Assembly (NCBI RefSeq): GCF_006345805.1
Contig: NW_021832779.1
Location: 1-49,311, forward strand
DNA: 49,311 nucleotides
Direction: 5' to 3'
Source: Octopus sinensis
Lineage: Eukaryota
The notes under the pieces were generated by a model that worked only from the letters and a program-made list of their open reading frames with translations, was not told the origin of the DNA and made no database searches. Of the stretch, positions 12,510-25,440 are shown in pieces (positions within the stretch are counted from its first letter, which is position 1; each line of letters begins with the position of its first letter). Position numbers and translations under genes: made by a program.

Positions 12510-13590
12510 ATATATATATATATATGAGCATGTATGCATGATGTATGTATGCATGTATGTATGTATGTATTATGTATGTATGAATGTATGTATGTATGCA
12601 TGTATGTATGTATGTATGTATGTATGTATGCATGTATGTATATATGTATGTATGTGTGTGTATGTATGTATGTATGTATGTACGTATGTATGTATGTATG
12701 CATGCATGCATGTATGTATGTATGTATGTATGTATGTATGTATTTATGTATGTATGTATGTATTTATGTATGTATGTATGTATGTATGTATGTATGTATG
12801 TATGTATGCATGTGTGTATGTATGTATGCATGTATGTATGTATGTATGTATGTATGTATGTATGCATGCATGTATGTATATATGTATGTATGCATGTATG
12901 TATGTGTGTGTATGCCTGTATGTATGTATGTATGCATGCATGTATGTACGTATGTATGTATACATGTATGTATGTATGTATGTATTTATGTATGTATGTA
13001 TTTATGTATGTATGTATGTATGTATGTATGAATGTATGTATGTATGCATGTATGTACGTATGTATGTATGTATGTATGTATGTATGTATGTATTTATGTA
13101 TGTATGTATGTATGTATGTATGCATGTATGTATGTGTGTGTGTATGCCTGTATGTATGTATGTATGCATGCATGTATGTACGTATGTATGTATACATGTA
13201 TGTATGTATGTATGTATTTATGTATGTATGTATTTATGTATGTATGTATGTATGTATGTATGAATGTATGTATGTATGCATGTATGTACGTATGTATGTA
13301 TGTATGTATGTATGTATGTATGTATGTATGTATGTATGTATGTATGTATTTATGTATGTATGTATGTATGTATGTATGTATGCATGTATGTATGTATGTA
13401 TGTATGTATTTATGTATGTATGTATATATGTATGTATGTATGTATGTATGTGTGTATGTAAATATGTATGTATGTGTGTATGTATGTATGTGTGTATGTA
13501 TGTAAGTATGCATGTATGTATATATGTATGTTTGCATATATGTATGTTTGTATGTATGTATTTATGTACGTACGTGCGTATGCATGTATA
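10912..13590. repeat. ~2.7-kb (TATG)n array with internal higher-order duplication
   Basis: Direct reading; unique anchor repeated at 10882 and 12439. Confidence 0.95.
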
Positions 13591-13594
13591 TAAG

Positions 13595-13609
13595 GATAGA
13601 TAGATAGAT

Positions 13610-13674
<65 letters not shown>

Positions 13675-13675
13675 C
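13595..13675. repeat. (GATA)n microsatellite
   Basis: Direct reading. Confidence 0.95.
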
Positions 13676-14194
13676 GGATATAGAAAGTAGCCCAGCTTTG
13701 AACGACGTCCACCCGCCAAACGTTATTGATATACACACAAATATTCCACCTAATTCTGCGTAAAGATACGGGAGAAAAACCAACCCATAGCTGTGGAAAC
13801 CCCCAAAACAATCAATTGTTATGGCGCTCATTCTAAACAGCTGCGTGATATAAACAAGCCAAGCCATACGTGACACGCACACAAGCTACACACAAACATA
13901 CTCACACGCACATCCATGCGCACGCGCATACACATTAATATTCGCTGCGTAAGCGTCTGGTGTGGGAAAAGAATGTTGAAGCACAATGAAAGCTATAATT
14001 TTCTGCTAGGATATGTCGAAATGGGGTAGATGACGATTTACATTCCACTCATCCTGTATTTTTGACACATGGCACGCTTGAAACAACTGGTACTATCTCT
14101 GAAACAGCTATTACATGCATTCGTGTGTATGTATGTGCCCGTGTGTATGTGTGTGTGAGTGTATTTAATGTATGTATGTATGTATGTATGTATG

Positions 14195-14225
<31 letters not shown>

Positions 14226-14394
14226 TATGTATGTATTATGTGTATGTTTGTATATAAATGTGGGTATATATGGGGAACTATAGATGGATAGATAGATAGA
14301 TCAGTTTTAAATAGATACGCACACATGCAACACAAGCATACATATATCCTGATTTTTCCTGTAACAGCTGTAACAGCTTGCTATACATACATAC

Positions 14395-14411
14395 ATACTA
14401 TATATATTATA

Positions 14412-14477
<66 letters not shown>

Positions 14478-14485
14478 ATATATAT

Positions 14486-14529
<44 letters not shown>

Positions 14530-14645
14530 ATATAGTATATATATATTATATATATATATATATATATATGTAATATATATATATATTATATATGTATAAT
14601 ATATATATATATATATATATTATATATAGATTATATATATATATA
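14395..14645. repeat. (TA)n-rich tract
   Basis: Direct reading. Confidence 0.95.
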
Positions 14646-15207
14646 TGGAAGGAATACAGAAGTAGTATTCATCACACAATAAGCAACACTTAGGTTTAAT
14701 AATGGGTATTCTACCAGCAGTATATTGGATAGATACTATCCCTTAGTTGGTTGAATTCACAACCTTTAACTTTCATTGAATTACATATATACATATATAT
14801 GTATATATGTATATATGTATATATGTATATATATATGTATATATATACGAAAGAAGGTTTGAAAATGCAATTTAAAAGATGTTTATTTACTTTACCGATT
14901 TCACTCTTTGGAAAAGGATTGTCAAAAGTAACATGTAGAAGTTTGGTTGCGTTAATTATTGGTTGTTGCAAATTGCTACATTACATATATACAGTATTTG
15001 GTAACAGGGACATGTTAAGGACATAAAAAAGTTCAACAAGTTCCTTAAAATATTGGGCACAAAAGATTACTACATAAATAATCGTTCTCAAGGACATGCT
15101 TAAGATAGTTTCCAGAAGGAATTGATATTGGTATTGTCACTCGTGCGGTACCCCACAACTCCACTTTGTTATATATATACTTTATTTAAAGCAGCAGAAA
15201 ATTCAAC

Positions 15208-15247
15208 AAAACCTGTTACTCTGAGTTTCCCGTTGCCGTTCATCGGA
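15208..15247 (-). ncRNA. Degenerate hammerhead-like motif
   Basis: Minus strand CCGATGA-ACGGCAACGG-GAAA-CTC-A-GAG-TA; stem I 5' strand absent. Confidence 0.35.
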
Positions 15248-15622
15248 GTACTCTTTTTTCCACCTTGTTTCACATTTATTTGTTTACTCCGGTATATATA
15301 TATATACATATACAGGGGTTAGAGAAAATAATGGATAAAAAATAAGTAGCACTCTAGTGCAAACAATCATTTTCGTCAACAAATCATTTCTTTCAGATAT
15401 TTAATTCTGTGTATGACTGAGAGAAATTAACTGCTGAAAACTATGAGATGTTATACGATAAGAACTTGCACTGCAGTATTCTGTTGCATTTCTTTAATGT
15501 TTCTAAAGATCTAGGTTTATCTCCCCTTTCCTTAGACTAAAGTGGTGATCGTGTAACCTTCGTTACAAGTCTTATAGCTCTTCACTTCCAAATTTAATAT
15601 TTATCCGTAAGTAACATTGACA

Positions 15623-15844
15623 TTAACCCTTTCGTTTATTTTGAGATGTTCTGTGCTTCTTTCAATTAATTTTAAATATAACAAAGAATTTAGTAAAATA
15701 ACTTAGTTGTCATTAAGCTAGTGTTAGGAACATAAATTGTGACCAAGGTTTGGTGGAAGATTTGAATTCAAAACTTATGAAAACAAGACATTTATACTAC
15801 AGAGCCAGAGGCAGTTTCGGCCGGGCTCGTATCAAAAAGGTTAA
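15623..15844. mobile_element. piggyBac-type MITE
   Basis: TTAA-CCCTTTCG ... CAAAAAGG-TTAA: imperfect terminal inverted repeats with TTAA target duplication. Confidence 0.75.
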
Positions 15845-16034
15845 CTCTCGTGGGAATACATTCTAATACTTATTCCTTGATAAGCGTGTGCAGTATATAG
15901 CAGTTGATATGAAATATTTCTGTAATCAGCTGGAATTTTAAAAAGTAATGCATGTGTATGTTCTCCTTTTAGGACCAATAAGTTGCGTGGACGTAAACCT
16001 ACCAACACCGGTTATCAAGCGACAGTGCGTAACA

Positions 16035-16115
16035 AAGACCACACAGTTTCCGTCAACCAATTTCACTCATAAGGATTTGGTCGACTCGTGTCTATAGTAG
16101 AAGACAGTTGCCCCG
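16035..16115 (-). mobile_element. Fragment of CORE-like SINE family B
   Basis: Reverse complement GGGCAACTGTCTTCTACTATAG...TTATGAGTGAAATTGGTTGACGGAAACTG matches the copies at 28464 and 48806. Confidence 0.6.
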
Positions 16116-16558
16116 TAATTTAGACAACAGTTTATTTACCGCGCGATTTCCTTGTATGTCTCCACTGTCCTGTTTTTGTTCCCTCCATAAATACCACATT
16201 TTATTTTGGTATTTATTGGAGCAACTGTCTTCGAAGACTCATATTGTCGTTCAGTGCTCTGAATGAGGAGTAGATAGACAGCCGACACCTGATGAAAGGT
16301 CTTTCTTTATGTTACTTGTACTGTTTTCCATTTGTTTCTGTCGTTGCTTGTGTATTGAACTCATTTGTTTTCGTATTTCATGTTGTTTTACTGTGAGTGA
16401 CGTCCTGTACCATATATGCATATGTGTATATATATATATATATACATACTTATATACATACATATATATAATATATATATGTGTGTGGTGTGTGTATTTA
16501 TACATATATATATATATATATATAATATATACATAATATTATATATATATATATACTA

Positions 16559-16593
<35 letters not shown>

Positions 16594-16829
16594 CTATACA
16601 TATATATAACATATATTATATATTACATATATATATTATATATACATATATATTTATATATACTATATATATTATATATATATTATATAATATATAATAT
16701 ATAGCCATACATATATATACATATATTATATATATTACATATATATATATATATTATCTATATATGTATATATATATAACGTGTGTGCGCGCATGCGCGT
16801 GTATGAGTCTGAGCATGTGTATATGTATG

Positions 16830-16863
<34 letters not shown>

Positions 16864-16949
16864 TGTATGTACGTTGTATGAATACCCTACTGAAAGTGAC
16901 ACAATCTCGAAAGCATTCATTCTTTCGATAGTATTCCCCAAACGCAAAC

Positions 16950-18000
16950 ACGCTGACAGGTTTGACGAAAATAATATAAGAATAGAGTAGCCCTTATCTG
17001 AAAGACGAAGGTCGCTTCAAACTGTACACAGGATACATCAAGTCAGCAGTTGTTTGAAAGACGCCAATTCCTCATTAGAAAAAGGAGCTGCAGTGTCTGA
17101 AAGTCCGACGATGGGATTAAGGAAGCAGACGGAATTCAGGTCCTTGAAGAGTCTTACTATATAATGTAAATGCCTTCTGTAGAGAAGTGTACTTTCCCCA
17201 GGGAGTTGGAGACACTCCTATTTAAAGCATGAATAGTTTATGTTTCTACAACCTTGGACGATCATATCACAACGCTGGCGGAAACATTTTAGTGAACGAA
17301 TATATCTGTTGTCAATAATTCCTCTTGAAGCTCTGGATTATGCGGTCACTTTCAGGAAATTCAGAATTTCAGTCACGATGTGAAGATATTTAACGGCTAA
17401 CAAAATGTAAAATTAAACTATAGTTGTAATAAGGGAGAGTTTACGAAAGAAACAAAAGACGAAGACAGGTGGTGTACAAAACAAACAGATGTATTAGTAT
17501 AACGCTCAGGAATCGAAAAGTCTTTTACATTTCGAGCCTGCGCTCTTCTACAGAAAGGGGCACAGAAAAAAAAAAGGAGAGAAAAAAATGTGTTTAGTGG
17601 CTAACGATCTATCATGGCGTAATAAGCCTGTCCGTGGTTATTCTTCTGAGACCGACGACAATCAGAATATGCTCTGCATAAGAAAAAGTTGATGAACCTG
17701 CCGGTGCACCAGCTTCGATAATGAATATTATCCTGGCAAGACCACATTCATTGCATTGAGATCTCGTAACATTTAAATATATCTCGTGTTGAGTCTACTC
17801 TGATAAAACCTGATTCATATGGATGATGCTAGGATCACGTTTCCACCAGAGAGATGAAATGCGTAAGCCGTCAAAGAAAGGGTCGAAAACTTCATTTTAA
17901 AGATGACTTTCTTAATGTAACAACATCTCAGTTGGACGGTGACTTTCACGAAAGGAGACGGCGACTGGCCGCAAACAGTGACAGACGGTCATAAAGTAAG
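16950..18000 (+). mobile_element. Highly decayed Gypsy-type LTR retrotransposon pol remnant, interrupted at ~17430-17620
   Basis: Fragments IPLEALDYAVTFRKFR, ETDD, FDNEYYPGKTTFIALRSR, HLS...WP in RNase H-to-integrase order; many stops. Confidence 0.35.
17435..17620 (-). mobile_element. Short dispersed repeat carrying a hammerhead-like motif (Penelope-like terminal repeat family)
   Basis: Homologous to 35560-35735 and 37925-38065; motif at 17522-17557. Confidence 0.6.
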
Positions 18001-18553
18001 GCTGCTTATTTAAACTGGATGAAACGACAGGAAGAAACACAACTAAAAGCTACAGAAATGTCCACAGAACTAGTAATGCTACACCGTGATTGGTCATGTC
18101 TTTGGTCAGATTTATGTTAGTACTTTTGGTGTTCAAACCAACGAATAGATAAATAGAGATTGAGAGTGGAAGAGAGAGAGAGAGAGAGAGGGAGAGGGAG
18201 AGAGGGAGGGAGAGAGAGACACACATAAACAGTTACATTGTGAAGACCATGTTGATTTAATAAACAGCTAATTTAATTTATTTTTTCATGAAATTACAAA
18301 GTTTTCGTCACACAATTGCAGCGTAGTCACTTAATACAATTTTACTGAGTTCAAACGAATTCATTCAATGTCCAGATTACAGATGTATGGCGAAAGCTTT
18401 CACTTTTCTTGAAATAAAAATAAATTTAACCGTTTATGCGATATTAAATGGATTTTTCACCACGTGATAGCTTCAGTTTAAACTTGATACACAACTACAA
18501 CATTGAATGTATATGTATATGTGGCATGTGTGTGTGTATGTGTGTATGTATGT

Positions 18554-18674
18554 ATAGGTATTTGCACACATATAGATAGATACACAGACACATATATGCA
18601 TATTACACCTAATATATGTGCATGCTGTATCTATGTGGACGTATGTAGTATATATGTATGAATTATATATATAG

Positions 18675-18717
<43 letters not shown>

Positions 18718-18865
18718 ATATATGTGTGTATGGATATATATATATATATAGATATATAGGTATTTGCACACATATAGATAGATACACATACATATATATG
18801 CATATATACACCTAATATATGTGCATGCTTGTATCTATGTGGACGTATGTATATATGTATGAATT
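18554..18865. repeat. ~110-bp direct repeat pair within a TA-rich tract
   Basis: ATAGGTATTTGCACACATATAGATAGATACAC...GTGGACGTATG at 18554-18664 and 18756-18865. Confidence 0.85.
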
Positions 18866-19219
18866 TATGTGTATGTATGTGTATATATCTATATCTATCT
18901 ATTTAATACATATTTATTTCTCTCTCTCTCTCTCTCTCTCTCTTTGTATATATCTTTATGTGTGCGTGCGTGTATGCGTCCATTTGTACGCGGTGTTTTT
19001 GTGCAGGTGTATATACATATAAAGTACGGAACCAGTTATTTTTTATACAGTATTCCTATATATGAAAACGATTGTCTATATATATGCATATGCACACATA
19101 TTAACACACAAATATACACACATACATACATATATATGTATATATATATATATATATATGCAAACACACATGTAAATACATATATCATAAGTATATATAC
19201 GTATGTAGAAGTGTGTGTG

Positions 19220-19259
<40 letters not shown>

Positions 19260-19760
19260 ATATGCATAGAAATATGTATGTATGTGATGCATGTACGTAG
19301 GTATGTGTAATATATACGAACAAATATTATGATAAATAAAAACTCATTTTGGCATTTATGCCTCATCATTGTATTTGCAGGGTTTAAAGTTCAAATTTTA
19401 ATCTTAAAATCTCAAGAATTAAATCTTTAGATTTAAGAAGATTAACATCGCTCTTTTTTTTCTTTGTTATTTTTTACCATTATTCCTTTCGTTCCAAACC
19501 CCACACACCGATTATTTTTTGAGGTCGATTGAACACATAAGATACAGAAAAGACAAAATCGTTTCATCTGTGTAAGTTTATGACTTTTATCAAGATTTTA
19601 TTTCTTTTCTGTAAGTTTCTTTAACTTATAGAAATGTTAAATAAATAGATTAAAAAGTCGAGAGGAGATTTCGTTGGTGAGAATAACGTATATGGTGGGT
19701 AATTCATTTTTGTGTGTTTATATATGTGTTTCAGTATAGGTGTATGCATGCATTGATGTA

Positions 19761-20072
19761 TGTGGAGGCACATGGCCTAGTGTTTAGAGCAGCGGACCCG
19801 CGGTCGAGGGATCACGGGTTCGAATCTCAGACCGGACGATGTGTGTGTTTATGAGCGAAACACCTAAGCTCCACGCGGCTCCGGCAGAAAGTAATGGCGA
19901 AACTTCCGCTGACTCTTTCGCCACAACTTTCTGTCACTCTTTCCTCCTGCATCTTACAGCTCACCTGCGACGGACCGGCGTCCCGTCCAGGTGGGGAACC
20001 TATACGCCAAGGAAACCGGGAAACCGGCCCTTATGAGCCAGGCATGGCTCGAGGAGGAACAAACAACAAAAT
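19761..20072 (+). mobile_element. tRNA-derived SINE family C
   Basis: A-box TGGCCTAGTG, B-box GGTTCGAATCTC, (AAC)n tail, possible 9-bp TSD ATTGATGTA (19752 and 20073). Confidence 0.8.
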
Positions 20073-20379
20073 ATTGATGTAATGATAAATGCATGATTTT
20101 ATATATGTAAGCATGCATGCATGTATTTGTGTAAATAAGAATATTTGTATGTAATTTTTTTCTCTTGGGGAATTAGCGGAAAGAGGCAGAGGTCATGACC
20201 GTTGCAGACCATTCAAATCAAGGCCTTCGTGAGACATGACCGGGGAGGAAATTGCAGTGAGAACATCTCCCCGAGAAATAGGATCGGGCGTAATGATTGC
20301 TGCCGGGTTTGAGAAAGTTGAATACTGCAAAAACAACTAGAGAGTAGGGAGAAGATGGGTCGGTAGGGGCGCTAATGCG

Positions 20380-20623
20380 CCGTTTTAAAGCCTAGCCAGG
20401 CTCATGGGCCCGGTTTCCCGGCTTCTATGGTGTATGTGTTCCCTAACTGGACGGGACGCCAGTCCATCGCAGCGTTACTCATTTTTGCCAGCTGAGTGGA
20501 CTGGAGCAACATGAAATGAAGTGTTTTGCTCAAGAACACAACGAGTCACCCGGTCCAGGAATCGAAACCACAATCTAACGATCATGATGCTGATACCCCA
20601 ACCACTAAGCCACGCGCCTCCAC
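20380..20623 (-). mobile_element. tRNA-derived SINE family D
   Basis: A-box TGGCTTAGTGG, B-box GGTTTCGATTCC, CORE-like GTGTTCTTGAGCAAAACACTT; 3' half shared with family C; relative at 45305. Confidence 0.8.
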
Positions 20624-20669
<46 letters not shown>

Positions 20670-20700
20670 GAGAGAGAGGGAGAGACAGATAGATAGATAA

Positions 20701-20741
<41 letters not shown>

Positions 20742-21926
20742 CAGACAGACACAAGTGAGTGATTAGAGCTATCCTAAATAGAATTAGACACCAGACATGA
20801 GACATTGTAGCCGAGGAAAAAGCAGTTTTCTGAGAAGCCGGAATCCCAACGAAACAGATGTTTAGTTTCCGTACATTCTGGTATAAACGTATTTAGGACT
20901 ACAAAAATAGCATAACTATATTAAGAAAGATGTTTGACAATGTCTGGCTTTGTGCTCTGTAGACTGCAATGAATAAATTCATCGTGGGACTGAAACTGAT
21001 TCGCTGAATCCAACAGCTTTATAATTCATTGTAGTAAATTGCAAAGTGCACCATCGTTGAGTAGCTCCATGCAGCGCTAGGAGACCATCGGAGTTGACCT
21101 TCATTCTGCCTCGCCCCCTCCACACACACACTCACACACCTCAGTATCTTCCTGACAAGGTCATATGCTATGTTCTTGGAGATCTGTTAGTACCGGACAT
21201 CTTGAGAGGAGGACAATAGCAAACTTATGATTTGCTAATGATATTGATGGACAAACAGGAAGAGAAGATGAAATGATTGAATTATTCAGCCATTTTTACA
21301 GTGTCGTTCAGCTACACTGTGATTCGATGACTGAACGATTAGGATGCTTGTCATTCAAATCGAAGATCCATCGTGTCTGAATATATGTATGTGTGCGCGT
21401 GTGTGTTTGTGTGTGTGTGTAAGATACTGGCAGCCTACAATATTCAGCTGATGCACATAATAATGTAATGTTCTCACACATGAGATGTTGCCGTTGTTTC
21501 ACGCACAGAAATTGCAAGACCGCATCAAGAGTAAGGTTACCCGACCGATATCATAAGATCACTCGACGCACTATCCAGCCTCTGGACTATACGTGTTCTA
21601 ACTCATCCTTCTCCATTTTCAACTGCTGTTTTATAACCCCTGATCTTCGGACCTAGCTGGGCGCATGTCACTTCCTCTCAACTATTTTTACAACACGCGT
21701 CCTTCCCACATTCTTCATATTGCTCCCGTCCGAAATTGTACTAATCACTATATCTAGTAAGTCTTTATTTGAACGTTGGCCCTTTAAGAATTTTCCCTCT
21801 GCTCATACCTTTCTCACATGTTGACTATCTGTAGTTTAATTCTTCACCCGTCTAAATCGTTTTCATAAGCTTGTCCTGAACATCCATGCTTGCCTTCAAA
21901 TTTTCTTTGTGTCCATTATGTCCTAC

Positions 21927-22326
21927 TACTTACTTGTGGCGACATTCACCCTGGGCGGGTTGAGTCGGCTTCCTCCACCACCTTCGAGGCATCTCGAACC
22001 ATGGCAGTGGAAGAGGTTTCGTGGGGAATATGAATTTCACAAGCGGTTCCCAACAATCCCGCATGTGGAGACATCCTGTCTGCCGCAGATTGTCCGCAGA
22101 CGCAGGGACAGAACTACCGAGGAGCCGCCGGTTGCCGAAACAGACACGCCGGGGATTTTCACCAGAGCCCCGTCTGCCGGGTTTTGGCCCTAATACCACT
22201 CGGTGTTAGACCAATCCACCTCGGGTGGCCCTATCAGGAACCGATGTTCCCGACGGCATAGCTCTGACACTACCCGTTGCCAGCGTACCCACCACGGTGA
22301 GGAGGGGATGGACTTTGGGGACCTAG
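21927..22326 (-). mobile_element. ~400-bp non-autonomous RTE-like retroposon, copy 2, flanked by a 128-bp direct duplication
   Basis: Colinear with 3786-4191; duplicated flanks 21799-21926 and 22327-22454. Confidence 0.75.
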
Positions 22327-23459
22327 CTGCTCATACCTTTCTCACATGTTGACTAGCAGTAGTTTAATTCTTCACCCGTCCAAATCGTTTTCATAAGCTT
22401 GTCCTGAACATCCATGCTTGCCTTCAAATTTTCTCTTTAGCCATTTTGTTCTACAGTCTTTGTAATGTAAAGTTTGCATTCTACAAGTCCCAAATTATCC
22501 AATTATCAAAGAAAAGAAAATGTGTATCACGTATGATGCATGTATGCCAGCGAAATACGCCCTGTGTATTACACGAGACACACAGAACGGTGAAGGCTTA
22601 ACAGAAACATTAACGTCAACAATTTCTCTAGTCTGCAAGAGTTTTTGATGGTCTTCCCCACTACTCGTTCAAGCAAACACATCAAGCAAAAATAAACAAA
22701 TAAATAATAAATTAATATAATTATGCACGCATTTCTCTCTGTGTGCGTGTGTAAGTAACTACCGTGTCATATATGCAAATGTGAATACTTAAATTGCAGC
22801 AACCGTCCATTTGTGATCAGTTTGGTGAGACCCTCAGGAATAACAAGGTATAATAAATATTCATATCCTACATTCTGTTCCCAGAAGGAGAAAAATAAGC
22901 AGGTTTAACCAAAAATAAACTTTTCAATAAAAGAGTTCAGTAAAAATAATTTTTGATATTGTTTATCAGTTGTTATTTTTCAGACGCAAAGAAACTTCTC
23001 AAGCAAGCAAGCGTGAGGTATTTGTGAAAGTGCGCTATATTTTTGAAATATTAAATGACCACTTTGTTAACCCTTTGCCGTATTTTAACTTATAGTTTAA
23101 ATTTCACGATTTCAACAGCTGTATACATTGTCGGCTTTCCACTATAAATTAATATTTTATTGCTTCAACAGCGGTAAATATTGTTTTTACGTTTTTCTTT
23201 TCAAGATAAGTAATATTGGGATGACATTGCTATTAAATGTTTACATATCGCCTTCCTTCACTTAACTTCCATTTTGTATGTAACAATATTTGATTATATA
23301 ACTGCATGTTATATATAAACAAAAAATGTACTTACTTAATTTCGTTTGTATCAAAAGGGTGGCGATTATATTGTGTTTAATAACGAATACTATCTGTATA
23401 AATATACACAGAAGCGCGCGTGTGTGTGTATGTGTGTGTAGAAAGATAGATAAATAGAT

Positions 23460-23507
<48 letters not shown>

Positions 23508-24399
23508 TATATATATACATACATACATGCATACATACATACATAATACATACATACATACATACATACATACATACATACATACATACATACATAATAT
23601 AAAGAAAAAATGAGGAAGAGAATTTCGATTATCCTCATGTGGTGAGTTTTAATGCAAAAACATGTAGATGAAATAAAAGAATGAAAACGCACACAGTTTA
23701 CACAGCTTTGCTATATTTTAAATGTATTTCATAAGAGAAAGAGTATTGTGTTTGTCGACCGGTTTCACTTTCGCTAACCATGACATTGAAATTATTATAA
23801 TTTCGTATTTTCTTAAGAAGATATTAGTCCATGATGTGTGTGGAGATGTTTTTGAATGAATGAATCAACAAGTAGAAAATTCTAAGGGGTGGCAATTGGT
23901 GATCGTTATTATGCGGGTGATTGTTATTATCCGGAAGGTAATTGCTCATCTTTTACACACACACACACACCACTTTTCGAAAGTTGTAAGTTATGGCCGT
24001 CTCATGAATGACCATTGCTTTCGTACCTATAATGAGGCTCTTAGCTGTATTGTTGACTCGTGGCACAAGTTGGCTGGGAGCGCATAACCTCTCTGTAGAG
24101 AAACAGTTACAAAAGTCACGGTCTTAAAAGCTTCTTAGGTGTGAAACCAATGGTCGCTGTTTGACTGGCCATAAAAAAAACAACATTCTAAGTATTACTG
24201 CTCTAATGTTTTAGAGCGTGTTTCTTTTCTGATATATATGTATTACTGACCGATTATGTGTGTGTGTGTATGTTCGTGTGTGTATGTGTGTGTTTGTGTG
24301 CGATGTGTGTGTGTGTGTGTGTGTGAGTATATGTGTATATTATGTATGTATTTGTGTGTGTGTGTGTACGTGTGAATAGGCAAATCGATAGGCAGACAA

Positions 24400-24443
24400 A
24401 AAGGCATACAGACACACAGACAGATAGACAGACATACAGACAT

Positions 24444-24479
<36 letters not shown>

Positions 24480-24509
24480 CCAGATAGGCAGGCAGGCAGG
24501 CAGACAGAC

Positions 24510-24582
<73 letters not shown>
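24400..24582. repeat. (GACA)n/(GGCA)n/(GATA)n compound microsatellite
   Basis: Direct reading. Confidence 0.9.
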
Positions 24583-25204
24583 TTTCAGTATGAACGAATG
24601 CTTGAAAAGAACGCCCTGCAACTGACGATGTCCCGTATTCGATCATAAGAGCGCAAAGTTCTGGGGCTTTTTCTATGAAGTCTTGGAGTCGTCACATCTT
24701 TTTAGTGAAACTAAATAATAACGTCTGTAATTAAAAAGTTACAGAACCTTCTTCACACCCAGTGAATTTGCCTAAGATTTATGTTACGGCTGCACGTGCC
24801 TAGCCAGGACGCCTCTAAATTCAGAAGCAGATAATTCTGTTAGATAAAATAAATTTCTCACAAAGAAAGCCATAGTCATATAAAAAAGTACATAAATAGT
24901 CACTTTTTGTGCAATCCGTTCCCATGTCTGGTGTCGCTTTTGTATCGAAGGAAATCACTGACGTATCACCTCAACTTTGATAAGTGATTGTTTTGAAAAG
25001 TCTTATCAAACTTAAAGTAACATAAACGTATGTGCAAATAACATACATAAATATGAGTATGTGTGTGTGTGTGAGTGTGTGTGAGTGTGTGTGTGTGTGA
25101 GTGTGTGTGAGTGTGTGTGTGTGTGTGTGTGTGGAGGGCGTATGTATATCAATGTCTTACGTATGTGTATATTTGTGCACCTCTATGTATGTATGTATAT
25201 ATGT

Positions 25205-25345
25205 ATGTATGTATGTATATAGATAGATAGATAGATACATACATACATACATACATACAGACAGAGACAGACAGAGAGAGAGACAGACAGACAGACAAAC
25301 TGCCTGTAGATAGATAGATAGATAGACAGACAAACAGAGAGACAT

Positions 25346-25419
<74 letters not shown>

Positions 25420-25440
25420 GTATTGATAGATAGATAGATA
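25205..25440. repeat. (GATA)n/(GACA)n/(CATA)n compound microsatellite
   Basis: Direct reading. Confidence 0.9.

Noticed and set aside
10872-13603. Long ORFs of 200-665 aa (YVCM/HTYI repeats), also at 39099-44470
   Set aside because: Translations of (TATG/CATA)n, which lack stop codons; no coding signal
13680-13870. Hydrophobic minus-strand ORF vaguely like an MFS transporter helix
   Set aside because: No credible splice donor; runs into (GATA)n; similarity is impressionistic
16285-16310. CTGATGA motifs at ~16294 and ~27008, and GAAACAGATG near 20852
   Set aside because: No matching second half of the hammerhead core or no stem I
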